DNA from: Gekko japonicus
Lineage: Eukaryota
Assembly: GCF_001447785.1 (NCBI RefSeq)
Contig: NW_015175496.1
Location: forward strand, 1 to 56,074
Length of the DNA: 56,074 nucleotides
Reading direction: 5' to 3'
Shown here: positions 12,345-25,534 of the stretch, piece after piece
Layout of the letters: each line of letters starts with the position of its first letter
How positions within the stretch are numbered: position 1 is the stretch's first letter
The notes under the pieces: model-generated
Seen by the model: the letters and a program-made list of their open reading frames with translations, nothing else
Told to the model about the DNA's origin: nothing
Database searches by the model: none
Program-made: the position numbers and the translations under genes

Positions 12345-13246
12345 ACATGGATGATTGCATCAGATGCCCAGAAAATCAATATCCAAGCAAGGACCAAAGT
12401 GATTGCTTTCCTAAAGTTATAAGCTTCCTGTCTTTTGAAGAAAGTTTAGGTGTCAGTTTGTCATCAGTTAGCATTTCTTTCTCCATGATCACAGTGTTAG
12501 TGCTGGCGACTTTCATTAAGCACAACAATACCACTATAGTCAAAGCCAACAACCAGGATATCACCTACATTCTTCTGATCTCTCTTCTGCTTTGTTTCCT
12601 ATGTTCCTTGCTGTTTGTTGGGAAACCAAATGAGATGACCTGCTTCCTACAACAATCTGCTTTTGGGATTGTCTTCTCAGTGGCTGTTTCTTGTGTTTTG
12701 GCCAAAACCATCACTGTGGTTGTAGCTTTCATGGCCACCAAACCAGGGTCTAACATGAGGAAATGGGTAGGGAAACGACTGACCAACTCCATTGTCCTGT
12801 CCTGCGCCTTTATTCAAGTGGCCATTTGTATGATCTGGCTAGGAAATTTCCCTCCTTTCCCAGATTTTGACACACAGTCAATGACTGAAGAGATTGTTGC
12901 AGAATGTAATGAAGGATCTGCCATCATGTTTTATATTGTCCTCAGCTACACGGGACTTCTATCCATCATCAGCCTGACTGTGGCTTTCTTAGCCAGAAAG
13001 TTGCCAGATACTTTTAATGAATCCAAGCACATCACCTTCAGCATGCTTGTGTTTTGTAGTGTCTGGGTGTCTTTTGTTCCAACCTACCTGAGCACTAAAG
13101 GGAAATCCATGGTAGCTGTGGAGATCTTCTCCATCTTGGCCTCCAGTGCTGGATTATTGGTGTGTATCTTCTTTCCAAAATTGTACATTATTTTGTTGAA
13201 ACCTCAGTTGAACAACAGGGATCTGCTATCAAGAAGGAAGAATTAA
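12345..13246 (+). pseudogene. Vmn2r: V2R-1 exon 6 (7TM domain)
   Basis: CCTAG|[11 protein letters not shown]...RRKN*; open frame. Confidence 0.92.
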
Positions 13247-14616
13247 ATTCTCTAAGATTCCTATGATATGTATTTGTTCTTGTGGAAAGAACATGAAGGA
13301 CCTAAATACGGTCTATTTTCCTTGTTAAGGACATGAGAGTTTAGGCAACATGTAATAGGACATCTTCTCTAATATGGTATAGTCTATCCCCTCTGGCTTG
13401 AATTCTTCCTTTTCCCTTTTATTCCTAGTTGGGATTGATTGATACTACTCATGACTTGTAGGTCAGAGAAGTAGAGGAAGAAAGAAAAATAATGTGGTCT
13501 ATTTTTTAATATTATGCCATTACATGTCCAAGGAAACAAAACCAAGATGCAATAAATTCACAGGAACAAAAATGTAGTAAAAATATGCTTGCATGTTTAT
13601 TCATTATTTTCAGTGATTCTTCCCACCACAGTTATTCACAGTGATGAACTCAACTGAGTGAGTGAGGGAAGAGAGGTATTTGCCTTCCCCATAAGTATGT
13701 GCCTTAACACCAGTGCTTGAGCAATGGATGAAAAATGGTGTGTCTCTTCCCCAGTCAATTTACACAGAGTTAGGGATTCCATGCTGAACCTGGAAACTTG
13801 AGGGAAGTTGGAAGAGAAAAAATGAGAGCAGGTTCATGACATGCATAATTTCTGAAGAAACCCTGGAAATGATGAAGGGTAGCTCTAGCAATTGCCAGTG
13901 ATGCCTAGAGTTTCCCGACATCACTTCAGGGTTTCTCCAGAAGTGATGTAGTGGTGCAGGGTGATGTTACCACTAGAAAAGAGGGGTAGATCCAAACCAG
14001 CCATTAATTTTGTTATGTAATTCTGTGAAATACACACTATTGCAAGTTAGAGACCTATTTAGATATTTTCTTGTCACTGTGCAATGAAGCTGTCCACTAA
14101 AACATTTTGGGTGATATACTGTGAATTTTCTTTTTATTTATCTAAAGTATGATGGGGCTATTCTTACATGTCACTGTAAAAGTATATGTATGGGTATATG
14201 AACCAGTCCTATGCTTCCCTGTATGGTTGTCATGATGATAAAATAAAAAGGATCAGTCCAAGCTGCCTGTCCTAAGCTGCAAGGAGGAAGGGTGGGACAG
14301 ACATGTAATCAAACATTCAAGCAAAGAGATGGAGGTAGGGACAGAATTCTTAGGAAGAGTGTTATAGTTCCAACCAGAAAGACAGAATACAAGGAGTGGG
14401 TGGGTAAGAGAAGAGTATTTGATGTAAGGCCAGACTAAGTGCAGCCAGCATAGCCACTTCTCCCTCTCTTTGTTTATAGAGATTTGCATGGCTGCAGTCA
14501 ATAGGCTTAGAAACTGTGGCCAGGTTGCATTCAGTGCGTGCAAATGGATATTGGCTTTTGGTAATGTGCAAGCTCATAGTACTCTACTTCAGGACATGAT
14601 GAATCACCATGCAGCA

Positions 14617-14783
14617 GGTATTTATCCAGATCCCCCACTGCTTTTGCACTCTATGCTCTTCTGTCACAGTGGCAAAAGCCAGTGTCTCCTGTCTCCATGC
14701 TTCTCATCTCCAAATGCACTTCACTCTTGGATGTGTCACTGGAGATGGTAAGGTGGTTTTTCAAAGAGTCCAAGTGGAGTTTG
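14617..14783 (-). pseudogene. IGHV: IGHV relic A: FR3 plus dead 23-RSS, 5' part missing
   Basis: LHLDSLKNHLTISSDTSKSEVHLEMRSMETGDTGFCHCDR aligns to VH-1 [39 protein letters not shown]. Heptamer CATAGAG (14655-14649), 23-bp spacer, nonamer ATAAATACC (14625-14617). Confidence 0.88.
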
Positions 14784-15193
14784 CCTTGTATGCACTTATG
14801 GAGAATAATGATTGTCATGGTATCTGTTCTGGTTCTAACACACATTCATACAAAACTGGGAAATTTGACTCCCACACCTCTGATAATATTGGAAATGAGC
14901 AATGCTCTTCTTCTCAGGAAGATGGTTGTGAGTCACAAAGACTAATTGTGTAAAGGCAGGATATAAATGTCTTAAGAAATGAAGCTGTGAAACAAAGCAC
15001 ACCTACAAACAAGTTAGATCCATTATATTCCTTTGGGAATACTTCTGAGGAAGCATGCTTAGTAGTGTGCCCCACATAAATGAAACATGGCATCCTGCAT
15101 CCAGTAGTCAAACGATTGGTTTCAACTTAGGTGGTAACTTTCCTATTGATGTTTGCTTACCATGGAATTCTGGGAGCTAGAGATGAGTTGACG

Positions 15194-15346
15194 CACTTTG
15201 GAACACATGAAACCCCTGTGTTAAGAACTAAGGGGGGAAAACAGCTTTGTCTGCTACAACCTAGACTAACACACTTTGGAAAACATGAAACTCATGTGTT
15301 AAGAACTATGGGGGAAAAAACAGCTTTGTCTGCTACAACCTAGACT
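15194..15346. repeat. ~78-bp tandem duplication upstream of V2R-2
   Basis: CACTTTGGA...CTGCTACAACCTAGACT twice. Confidence 0.85.
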
Positions 15347-15682
15347 CTGCAGAAACAAATTCCCCTAAGGAATAGTACAAATTGCTGTAATTTATTCATT
15401 CAGCCACAGTTCTAGTACCTTCTCAGAAAACAGGAAATGTGAATTGTGAAAGACATTATATTAAAACAAGGGATGTCGCATAGCAAATCTGTCTGTATGA
15501 TCCCTGACATTCTGCTTTGTTTAAAGCCAGATTTGAAGGTGGCACTATCCCCTGTTATTCTAAGCCCTGCACCTCTGGCTTTGCTTGCAGCAGAGGAACG
15601 GAGGCTGATACTTGCATTCTCCCTTCATAAGTGTGTTGATAAAGCCACCATGCAGGGAGGCTGGATTAAGTCAAGCTGATGA

Positions 15683-15690
15683 TATAAATA
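15683..15690 (+). promoter_or_regulatory. Candidate TATA box of V2R-2
   Basis: TATAAATA 49 bp before the ATG; conserved in V2R-3. Confidence 0.5.
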
Positions 15691-15731
15691 GAGCTAGGAA
15701 AGGCTGCATTCAGACCAGCTTTGCTGTCCAG

Positions 15732-15946
15732 ATGTTGGGGCTACTGGTGTTTCTGCTGCTTTTCCCTTGCATGGCATGCAAAGCACCTATAACAAAGTGT
15801 CCAATGAAGGATTTTCTTCCTGTCCCTCATGAGTTCTTTATGCCAGGCGACCTCCTCATTGGCGGGATGACTTCTCTGATCTTTTATGATTTTCGATTAC
15901 TGTCCTTTGATGAATACCCTTCTCCAAATTTGTTGGAAGTGCCACA
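15732..15946 (+). CDS. Vmn2r: V2R-2 exon 1
   Basis: Signal peptide, PGDLLIGG, donor CA|GTAAG. Confidence 0.9.
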
Positions 15947-18900
15947 GTAAGGAACGATCATTCACTTCCTGCTTCTTATGTCTTGTAACCTTAACCATTG
16001 TTCTTTTTATATAACCGGCTCTTCAACAAAAATGTGTAGGTTTGGTCAGTGAAGCACTCTTTATTTAATCTGCTGCCTTTTCAGTGCCTAGGGGCTATCT
16101 TGTTTCACAATGCAAACACATATATTTGGATAGGCAAGGGAATAGAGGTGGGAATAGACTGATTTCATGTATTTTTTTTTAATGCCACAACTTTGGTCAT
16201 AGCTTGATCAGTTGGGGTTGTGAATGTACAGGGGTGTAAAACATGGAGAATAAGAGGGTTTCCCCCAAATGCATGTGAAGTAATATGGAAATATTGTGAA
16301 AAGATGTAATAAAGACAACCAAGCTGTACAGACTCATTGGGCAATCCTATTTTAAACCAATATAAATATGTTTAAAATCCCTGGAAAAGGTCAGTGTGGG
16401 GGGGTAGATGAATGAGTGGAGAATGGAAAGTGATACTGCATGATTGATGTTGGTGCTCAGGATATTACAGAACAGGTGGTAGATGCCATGGCTTTTTAGT
16501 TACCTTAACTAAACACAAGACTGTATATTTGTTGAATTCTGTGCAAGCAACTAACTACTTTTAGAGGGAAAATAATTGTGACTGTATAAGCAATAGGTTT
16601 ATTATTTGGGTTCCAAATGGAGCTCGTACAATATATTCATTTTGCAAAAAATATGCCTTCCTAAAAAATTTTATACACAATTTGTTAGTTTATATCCCAA
16701 TCCCTCTCCCTCGAACAGGACTCGAGGCAGATTCCATCCGTTTTCAGATTGTTTTATTTAATTATTTAATGTTTTACAAATGGTTTATAATGAAATTTCT
16801 ACGTTGCCCTTTCTTCACATGAGGGTTACCAGCCCAGTTTTATGGCAGGAGCTTTAGGGAGCTTGAGATATGCCACTAGATGTCTATTTCCTCTCAATTT
16901 CACCTCCTTTTTTCACCTCCATTTTCCCATCAGAGTAGGACCTGGCACAGCTATGGAACATGAGGAAGAGATTCTGTTCCTCTAATCTCTAGCATGAATT
17001 TCAGTACAAAATGAAAAAAATCAAGTCTTCCTCTGGGTGGTTCCCAAGATCAATAAATGGGACCCTTCTTTCCTTCTTTCCTTCCTTCCTTCCTGAATAT
17101 GTACTGCTAACGTAGAATGCAGGATTCACCCAAATCCTAACAAGACTGCCCCCAACAGAAGGGAGTTTTAAAAGAATTAACTTTGTACTTCCATGCAAAG
17201 TTCTCTCCACTTGCTTACTCTGGGTGGAGACAATGGGCAGGCAGACAACTAGCTAAAGAGATACCCTGTTACATAACGACAGAGAAACACAGAGGAAAGA
17301 CTCAAGCAGGGGTCATTGGTGGCACTTGAATAGGTTTAGGAGGATCACTGAGACACTATAGAATGTTCAGATCCTGTAGTTAAGGGGACCCAACACAAAC
17401 ATTTGGAGGACTGGGCACCTCTGTGATGAGAGTTGTATTATTTATAGAGACATCTTCTAGAGACCCTGAGGAAGGAGGTGAACTCTGAAAAAGACCCCTC
17501 TAGGATCTCAGAATAGCTCCCTTCTTTTTCTAAAGCCTAGTCAAAAAGAAAAGCAGAGGCAAAAGTGGGGCCCTGGTTTTCTACAAGAGAATATTATAAA
17601 ATCAGGAGTATCCTTGGTGAGTTAGGATGGTATGAATGTGAGCAATAAAAATGTAAATACAAAATATCAGTTTTGGACCAGTAATGATGGTGTTCTGATA
17701 TCAGAATTATTTGGACATAAGTAGGAGATGCTTATTAGCTCAGAATTTTAAAAATAAAATAAAGTGAAAAAAGAAATAAAATATTACTTCTACTGAGGCA
17801 TGTAAGTAAGAATTAGTTCAGACAAGAATCATGTTCAGGTAATGTAGTGTATTATAGAATTCTCCCCTAAAACAGCATTTGACTCCTTTTCAAGTATGGT
17901 GACAAAGTTCTACCAACACATCCTGTCCTTGGCATTTGCTGTACATGAGATCAATCAGAACTCCAAGCTCTTGCCCAATGTCACACTTGGGTTCCACATC
18001 TGTGACAACTACTACAATGAAAGGATGACCTATCGTACCACTCTGGATATGCTCTATAAACTGCATAAATATTTTCCCAATTATGAGTGTGTCCACCAGA
18101 ACAACATAATGGCTGTCATTGGGGGACTTGGCTGTGATCTCTCCTTCCAGATGGCAAATATTCTAGGTCTCTTCAAAATCCCACAGGTAGGGTCTGCGCA
18201 TGGAAGAATAAACAATTTTATTTTGGGGAGTTACTGAAAACAGAGCTGAGTCATGAACAGGAGAATTCTATTGTCTGGTTGCTTGAGGAATAAGTTCACA
18301 CTGAGTCTGGTTACTTAGAGAAAAAATAGGTGTTTGTTATTGCAAGAGAACTCAATAAAATATGGGAAAGGGGGTGTAAAGGCTTCTCACTAGCTGTCTA
18401 AGTGAGGATGGAGACAGATTGTAGAAAGCATGTTTAGTCCTCATGGCAAAGAGAGGAAGAAGAGAAGGGGACTGACAAGATGGAAGGTCCATCCGTGGCT
18501 ATTAGCCACAAGGAACAGATAAAAACTCTCGGTCTGGGGCAAGTGAAGCTCTGTATTCTTGGTGCTGGGGTGGGCAAAAGTGGGAGGGCTTCTAGTGTCC
18601 TGGCCCCACTGCTGGACCTTCTGATGGCACCTGGTATTTTTGGCCACTGTGTGAACGAGCATTGGACTGGATGGGCCATTGACCTGATCCAACATTGGCT
18701 TCTCTTATGTTCTTAAGGAACCCATGAGAGTAGTATTCTGCAAAAGAAAGGGACAGAAGCATGTGTGGACAAAGGAAATATCAAACAACCCCTTGTCTAG
18801 CCCTTTACTAGCTTTTTAATGTTCTATCTTGAGATTCTGAGGTGTGTGCTAGCATTAAGCGACATTGTGCAGTCCATTACTTCCCACAGTTATCCTATAT

Positions 18901-21900
18901 ATTGAATGGAGGCAGAGGTATGATTGACCAAATATAGTAATTCTTATCAGAAGAACCACTTCTAATGAGAAGTTTCTTCAGACCAGGAGAAGGACAGTAA
19001 CGTGATGTGCTTTTAGCAAATAGCTTCTTTGTGAATTTTCCTCTGAAGCAGTATCATATTTGCATATTGCGAGAAAACTCAGCCAGTACATCCTTGAGAG
19101 CCAGTTTGGTGGAGTGGTTAAGTGCACAGGCTCTAATCTGGGAGAACTGGGTTTGGTTCCCCACTCATCCACATGCAGCTGCTGGATGACCTTGGGCAAG
19201 CCATAGTTCTGACAGAGCTCTTCTTGAAATAGGAGTCCTCAAAAGAGCTCTCTCAGCCCCACCTACCTCACAGCATGTCTGTTGTGGAGAGGGGAAGGAA
19301 AAGAAGATTGTAAGCTGCTCTGAGACTCCAAGTGTCAGACTCTAGGATAAAGTTTCTCTCAACAAAACTCTCTGGAAGTTGCTGAGAGTAACTTTTTCCA
19401 AGGTCAGGGATGACCTTGGCCAACAAGTCTTTGATGAGGGGGAAGGGGTAAGCATTCAGCCCCCAACAGGTATAACAGTGGGAGGGCTTCTAGTGTCCTG
19501 GCCCCACTGCTGGACCTCCTGATGGCACCTGGTATTTTTGGGCACTGTGTGACAGAGTGTTAGACTAGATGGGCCATTGGCCTGATCCAACATTGGCTTC
19601 TCTTATGTTCTAAATCCCATCTCTACTTCTTCTTGAACTTTTGCCCAACCTGAAAACTCCTTCTGGACATTTCCTTTGCATAAAGAAACAGAAACACACC
19701 AAATCTCTTCCTCAGTCTTCTCTAAAATAGCTCCACACTGTCTTTTAGCTTATCTATGGGCCATTTACTCGAGAGGAGAATGACATGATACAACAGTCCC
19801 CTTCCTTTTACTCCATGGTGCCAAATGAAAACCAGCAGTATATGGGCATTATTCGGCTCCTCCAGCATTTTGGATGGACATGGGTTGGGCTTTTTGTTGT
19901 GAATGATAACAGTGGAGAACATTTCTTGCAAGTGCTGGAGCTGCTACTTTCCCAAAATGGCATCTGTTTGGCCTTTGCGGAAAGAATAATAAGCCAAGCC
20001 CACTGGAATATGCATCAAGATGCTCAGGATTTAATTTCAAATGTATTTCAACCTTTTGCTGATAGCAAAGCTAGAGCATCTATCCTCTATGGAGAATCTA
20101 GGACTATTATCTCATTGATCATCCTTATAGCTCTAGGAGATTCTGAATGGAAAGAAAATGAATCGTTAAGAATGGTATGGATTACTACAGCACAAGCAGA
20201 TTTTGCAATGACCACCATCCAATGGGTCTGGAATTATGAATTCTTCCATGGTGCCCTTTCCTTCACGATTCACACTAAGGAACTTCCAGGCTTCCAAAAA
20301 TTCCTTCAAGACATCAAACTTGATTGGACTAAACAAGACAGTTTTGTCAAGGAATTCTGGGAGCAAGCATTTGTCTGCTCATTTCCAAATTCCAGTGATC
20401 ACACTGATGCCTATAAATCATGCACTGGGGAGGAGAACCTGGAGAGTCTCCCGGGGCCTGTTTTTGAAATGCACATACTTGGCCACAGCTATAGCATCTA
20501 TAATGCTGTCTATGCAATAGCCCATGCTCTGCATGCCATTTGTGTATCTCAATTCAAACACAGAGAACCCATTGGTGGGAAAAGAGTTGACCTTCAAGAC
20601 ATCCAGCCTTGGCAGGTAACATTTTCAAAATGCCATTGCCCTCCCACCACTTTGTTCCATGTATAGGGAGATAAGGTATTCTGGTAGGGCTGCCACCACC
20701 CTACTGGACACTGGGGATATTCTGCTGCCAGGCTCCACTCCCACCTCTAATCAGCTGGCTGGCAGGGAAACTTATCAGGAAAAGGAGGGAGGTCCTGGCT
20801 ACATCATCGGCAATATGGTGATGTCACTTCTGGCTTGAACTAGATGTCAGCAGATCAGCAATGTCACAGTGACATTCTGGCATTTGGGCCAAAACTATAT
20901 TGTAGAAGCCATTTTTACAATAGAGTTTTTGTTCTATTATGAGAGCTTCTCTGTGGAGTCACAACATGATGGTGTAACTTCTGGTACACACTGGAAGTGA
21001 TGTTGGCACATTACCACCAATGTAGTCTGAGCTGCCCTTCTGCTTCTGGTAAGTACCCCCTATCCACTGCTGGTTACCAAGAGGGAACTGGCAACCCTAT
21101 ATTGTCAGCATACAAACATATGCCTTATGCTATCCCACATTGTTGAACTATCTAGTTCAGCACGATAAACTGTGTCCACCACTGACTTTCCAGGGTCTCT
21201 CTGCAATCCTTTTTACTGAAGTGTTGTGGTCTTTCACAGGCCACAGTTTCTCCTCTTTTTCATTCTACTCAACTGTGTCACATAAAAAATGTTGACTTGA
21301 TGATTAAGATGGTGCAGTCTTTCTTTGGTTTTATAGGTCTGATCCTTAGTTGGATTGGGAGAAGTGTTAGGAGTGTGAAGCAAGAGAACACCGTATATCC
21401 TCAGCCCCTACATGTGTACTTTCATTCACTTGAAGCTTAAGTCTTCTAGTACAGCCAAATTGGTTGTTCTGCAGAGTCACGTTTGATACAGATGAAAGAA
21501 CAGATAAATTATCTGCAGGATTTCCTTTACAAAGCAAATAGATCATAATATGAAGATTCCACTTAGTTATGATTTCTTCATTCCTCTTTCATACAGCTCC
21601 ACTCGTTTCTTCAACACATTTTGTTTAACAACTCAGCTGGAGAAACAGTGTCCTTTAATGAGAAGATGGAAATAAATGCTGGATTTGACATTACAAACTT
21701 GGTCACATTCCCAAACAGGTCTTTCCAGAGAGTGAAAGTCGGAGAGGTAAATGACAATGCCCTGGAAGGAAAAGATTTCATTATTCAAGAGGATCTAATT
21801 GTTTGGCAGAAAAGCTTTAACCAGGTATTTATTTCCTTATTTCATTAAAAAACCTCTGGTTGCCAGGTATCCTGCTACAACTGGAGACTCCAACAGCCCC

Positions 21901-24900
21901 CAGTCTCCACTGTCACTTGGTAGGCAAGTGGGAGATACTGAAAAAAATATCATTCTCATGTAAATAGCATGGAGCCATTTCCAGGGAAAATCAAGAAGTG
22001 ACATCACACCGCTTTAGGAATCTGCACATCCTTCAACATTTCAGCAGGAACACAATGGAATGTTAGATTGGGATGACTTCACCTCTGGTTTCACCCCAGA
22101 AATTATTCCACACTATCAACATGACAGAACTGTGATGCCTCTGCACCCAGTATGGTGCAGTGGTCATGGACAGCAAACTGGGTGAACCGGGTATGATTCC
22201 CCACTCCTCCACTTGCATGCCATAGTTCTCTCAGAGCTGTTCTCCCAAGGGCAGTTCTGGAAAGAGCTCTCTCGACCCTGTCTACCTCACAGGGTGTCTG
22301 TTGCAGGGAGGGGAAGGGAAAGGGGTTTGTAAGCTGCTCTGGGACTCCGAGTGAAGACCTGGTATAAATCCAATCTCCTCCTCTACCTCTTCCATTCACC
22401 TGTGGGGCACTAGCCATCAACCAGCAGCTGGTAACTGTATTTATACCCCACTTTTCTCCCATATGGACTCCCAAAGTGGCTTACAGAATTTTCCATTTTA
22501 TCATCACAACAACAATATGAAGTAGTTAGGTGGAGAATGTATCTGGCCCAGCATGTTTCCATGGCAGAGTAGAGATTCAAACCTGGGTCCCCTCCATACA
22601 ACAGCCATTACAAACGTGGTTTTATTGCCCATGAAGGTCCCAGAATAAACTTTCTAGTATGTCAAAAGGGACCCCCTCCTACCTTTCCCACCAGTGGAAA
22701 AACTGGTTGTTTCCAACCCAATACCCTTCATGACTGGGATAACAATAGTGGATTATTACAGAGGTGAAGGTTGGTATTCTTTCACTTTAAGTGTCAATGG
22801 TTTAATCATACTTCAACACATCATCACTAAAATAATGTCTAATATATTCAGCCCTTAACTTCTTACATGGTTTTTGATAGGTGGTACCCCATTCTGTGTG
22901 CAATGACTACTGCCTCCCTGGTTATCAGAAGAAAAAGAAGGAAGGAGAGAAATTTTGCTGCTATGATTGCATCCTGTGCCCAGAAGGAGAGATTTCAAGC
23001 CAAAAGGGTAAGCAATGCATGGTACAATTCCAAACAGAAGAACATCCTTTTAAACTATGAAGAAGAAGAGAAGAGATTGGGTTTATACCCCGCCCTTCAC
23101 TTGGAGTCTCAGAGCGGCTTACAAACTCCTTTCCCTCCCCCTCCTCACGACAGACACCCTGTGAGGTGGGTGGGGCTGAGAGAACTCTGACACAAACTGC
23201 TCTTTTTCAAGGACAGCTGTGCCAAGGTCACATCAGCAGGTGCAAGTGGAGGAGTGGGGGAATCAAACCTAGTTCTCCCAGATTAGAGTCCACACACTTA
23301 ACCACTACACCAAACTGGCTCTGGAGGTCTTGCCCTCTTCCCTCCCTCACACAAAGGGTTTTCCCTCTGTTTTTCTTTGTTCCTTTCAGGCTGAGCAGCC
23401 CGTTTATCCATTTACTTCTTATTTGAAAGATTATATTTATTTATTATTTTTTTGCATTTTGTATCACGCCTTGCCAGTGCAGACTGGCTCAAGGTGGCTT
23501 ACAGAGATTAAAATACAGTAAAATACAATAATTTTTTTCAATAAAAACAGTTAGATAAAGTGCTAGTGTAAACGGATGGCGGGAATTTCTATAAATGGTC
23601 CGATGGAGAGGCCATATCCGGCGTTGTCCATTTTCCTGGCCTGAATAGGGGTCTTCAGCGACCTCTCACTCCTCCTTGCCACCTTCCCAGTCCTCAGTCA
23701 GTGTTTAACTGAATTCTTTTCAGCAGTCAGTTCCCAGCTCTTCCTTCTCAACTGATGCTATCCAATGAAATCTGTTCAAGCACTCAACTACACTCAAAGG
23801 TTCTCTGGTTCTGTGAGGCATTAACCCCTCACAGTCTGTCACATGTTTATACATCACTTATGAGCTTTCAAAGCACTGTCCGTCACATAAACCCTTAGAC
23901 TTCAATATGTATAGCTGGGTGTAACTTTAGTTAGGATTACTCTGATAGTATACCAAACTTTCCAACATACTGATAATACTGATGGCCATTAACCAAGTGG
24001 TAAATGACTATACCTTTCCTGTTAGCATGGGGTTTCATTCTCCCAGAAGGTTAGGGTCATTTGGGCACAGGGTCAAAGAACCCAGTGTGTTTCATTGCTG
24101 TCAGTTCAGTCAATCAACTCTGGATCATAGATTGCATGTAATAAAGTCATGCACATTCATTTGGGAAGAGTTAACTGCATGAAGACGCATAAAGAAAGTG
24201 TATTAGATTTCAATAACACTTAAAGTGAATATGTGAATTGGCTGTAAGGACTGGAATTATATGATGAGACCATTTTCCCCCCTTTTCAGACTTGGATGAA
24301 TGCACCCAATGCCCAGAAGATAAATATCCAAGCAAGAACCATGATCAATGTATTCCAAAAATGATAAGCTTTCTGTCTGCTGAAGAACCTTTGGGTATCA
24401 GTTTAGGCTCTATTGTAGTTGCTTTTTCCCTGTGCACTGTCTTGGTGCTTGGAACATTTATAAAGCACAGAGATACCCCCATCGTCAAAACCAGCAACCA
24501 GAATATCACTTTCATTCTCCTGATCTCCCTCCTGCTTTGCTTCCTCTGTCCCTCGCTCTTTCTTGGAAGACCTAGAATGGTGACCTGCTTTCTCCAACAA
24601 CCAGCTTTTGGCATCATCCTCACAGTGGCTGTTTCTTGCATCTTGGCCAAAACAATCACTGTAGTTATAGCTTTCATGGCCACCAGACCAGGGTCTAAGA
24701 TGAGGAAATGGGTGGGGAAAAGGCTGACCAATGGCATTGTTCTTTCATGTTCCCTTATTCAAATGTGTATTTGTGCAGTGTGGCTAGGAACCACTCCCCC
24801 ATTCCCAGCTGTGGACACAAAGTCAATGACTGAACAGATAATCATAGAATGTAATGAGGGATCTGCAATCATGTTTTATGTTGTTCTGGGCTACTTGGGC

Positions 24901-25203
24901 CTTCTGTCCCTCATCAGCTTGGCTGTGGCTTTCCTAGCCAGGAAGTTGCCGGACAGTTTTAATGAAGCCAAGTTTATCACCTTCAGCATGCTGATTTTTT
25001 GCAGTGTTTGGGGGTCTTTTGTTCCAACCTACCTAAGTACCAAAGGGAAATACATGGTGGCAGTGGAGATCTTCTCTATCTTGGCTTCCAGTGTTGGATT
25101 ACTAGCTTGTATCTTTTCCCCTAAATGCTACATCATTCTTCTGAGGCCAGAGTTAAACAAGAGGGAACAGCTAATATGGAGAAAGAAAGAAATTGTCCTA
25201 TAA
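15732..25203 (+). CDS. Vmn2r: V2R-2: intact vomeronasal type-2 receptor, 880 aa
   Basis: Exons 15732-15946, 17895-18186, 19749-20615, 21597-21824, 22881-23007, 24290-25203 total 2643 nt. Frame is open, splice sites are GT-AG, and the signal peptide is [16 protein letters not shown]. Confidence 0.93.
17895..18186 (+). CDS. Vmn2r: V2R-2 exon 2
   Basis: TCAAG|T MVTKFYQH...KIPQ|GTAGG. Confidence 0.92.
18485..18715 (+). mobile_element. CR1 3'UTR fragment
   Basis: Same tail as 2898-3261; shorter copies at ~19475-19611 and ~26350-26455. Confidence 0.8.
19097..19335 (+). mobile_element. Squam3-like SINE
   Basis: GAGCCAGTTTGGTGGAGTGGTTAAG...CTCTCAGCCCCACCTACCTCACAG...TGTAAGCTGCTCTGAGAC. Confidence 0.75.
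19749..20615 (+). CDS. Vmn2r: V2R-2 exon 3
   Basis: TTTAG|LIYGPF...QPWQ|GTAAC; 867 nt. Confidence 0.92.
20685..21099. mobile_element. MITE with TAGGG(T/C)TGCCA TIRs
   Basis: TAGGGCTGCCA / TGGCAACCCTA; paralogous copy at 31456-32437; related element at ~53808-54034. Confidence 0.7.
21597..21824 (+). CDS. Vmn2r: V2R-2 exon 4
   Basis: TACAG|[16 protein letters not shown]...SFNQ|GTATT. Confidence 0.92.
22140..22395 (+). mobile_element. Squam3-like SINE (shared with V2R-3 at ~35758-36030)
   Basis: Same family motifs; GTATAAATCCAATCTCCTCC tail. Confidence 0.7.
22881..23007 (+). CDS. Vmn2r: V2R-2 exon 5
   Basis: GATAG|[11 protein letters not shown]...[18 protein letters not shown]|GTAAG. Confidence 0.92.
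23060..23321 (-). mobile_element. Squam3-like SINE, V2R-2 specific
   Basis: Absent from the paralogous site at ~36979 (AACTATGGAGGTC). Confidence 0.8.
24290..25203 (+). CDS. Vmn2r: V2R-2 exon 6 (7TM)
   Basis: TTCAG|[11 protein letters not shown]...KEIVL*. Confidence 0.93.
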
Positions 25204-25534
25204 TATATGTGTCTTCAGTAGTGTCTACAGAATCTATCTGTTGGCCTTTTTCAAGAAGCAGGCCAAGGCTACCATATATGTCGGTCCAACCTATTCTACT
25301 CACATGTTCAAAACAAATTCAATGTATCTGTTAAGCATGTATATGAATTGCAAACTGTGAATTAAATTTATGAACTGAACACAATGGAGGTATGGCAAGT
25401 GATATCATAAGCCTTAGAGCAAAAAAGAGAGGAAGGTATCATATTGAATGGGTCTAGTGAAGTGGAAGAAAGTGGCACTGAACTGACCCATGGCAGGCTG
25501 GATCTGGGCCACAGAATGACAGGTAGTGACTATC

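Larger units (their letters stand above)
1827..13246 (+). pseudogene. Vmn2r: V2R-1: vomeronasal type-2 receptor gene with a single in-frame nonsense codon (TGA 6355-6357)
   Basis: Exons ~1827(or 1836/1872)-2065, 5392-5683, 6040-6903, 8762-8989, 11235-11361, 12345-13246. All introns are GT-AG with compatible phases. V2R motifs: [42 protein letters not shown], and 7TM IVKANN...[11 protein letters not shown]...[11 protein letters not shown]. Exon 3 is broken only by ...DN*ANAC, with the same frame on both sides. Confidence 0.9.
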
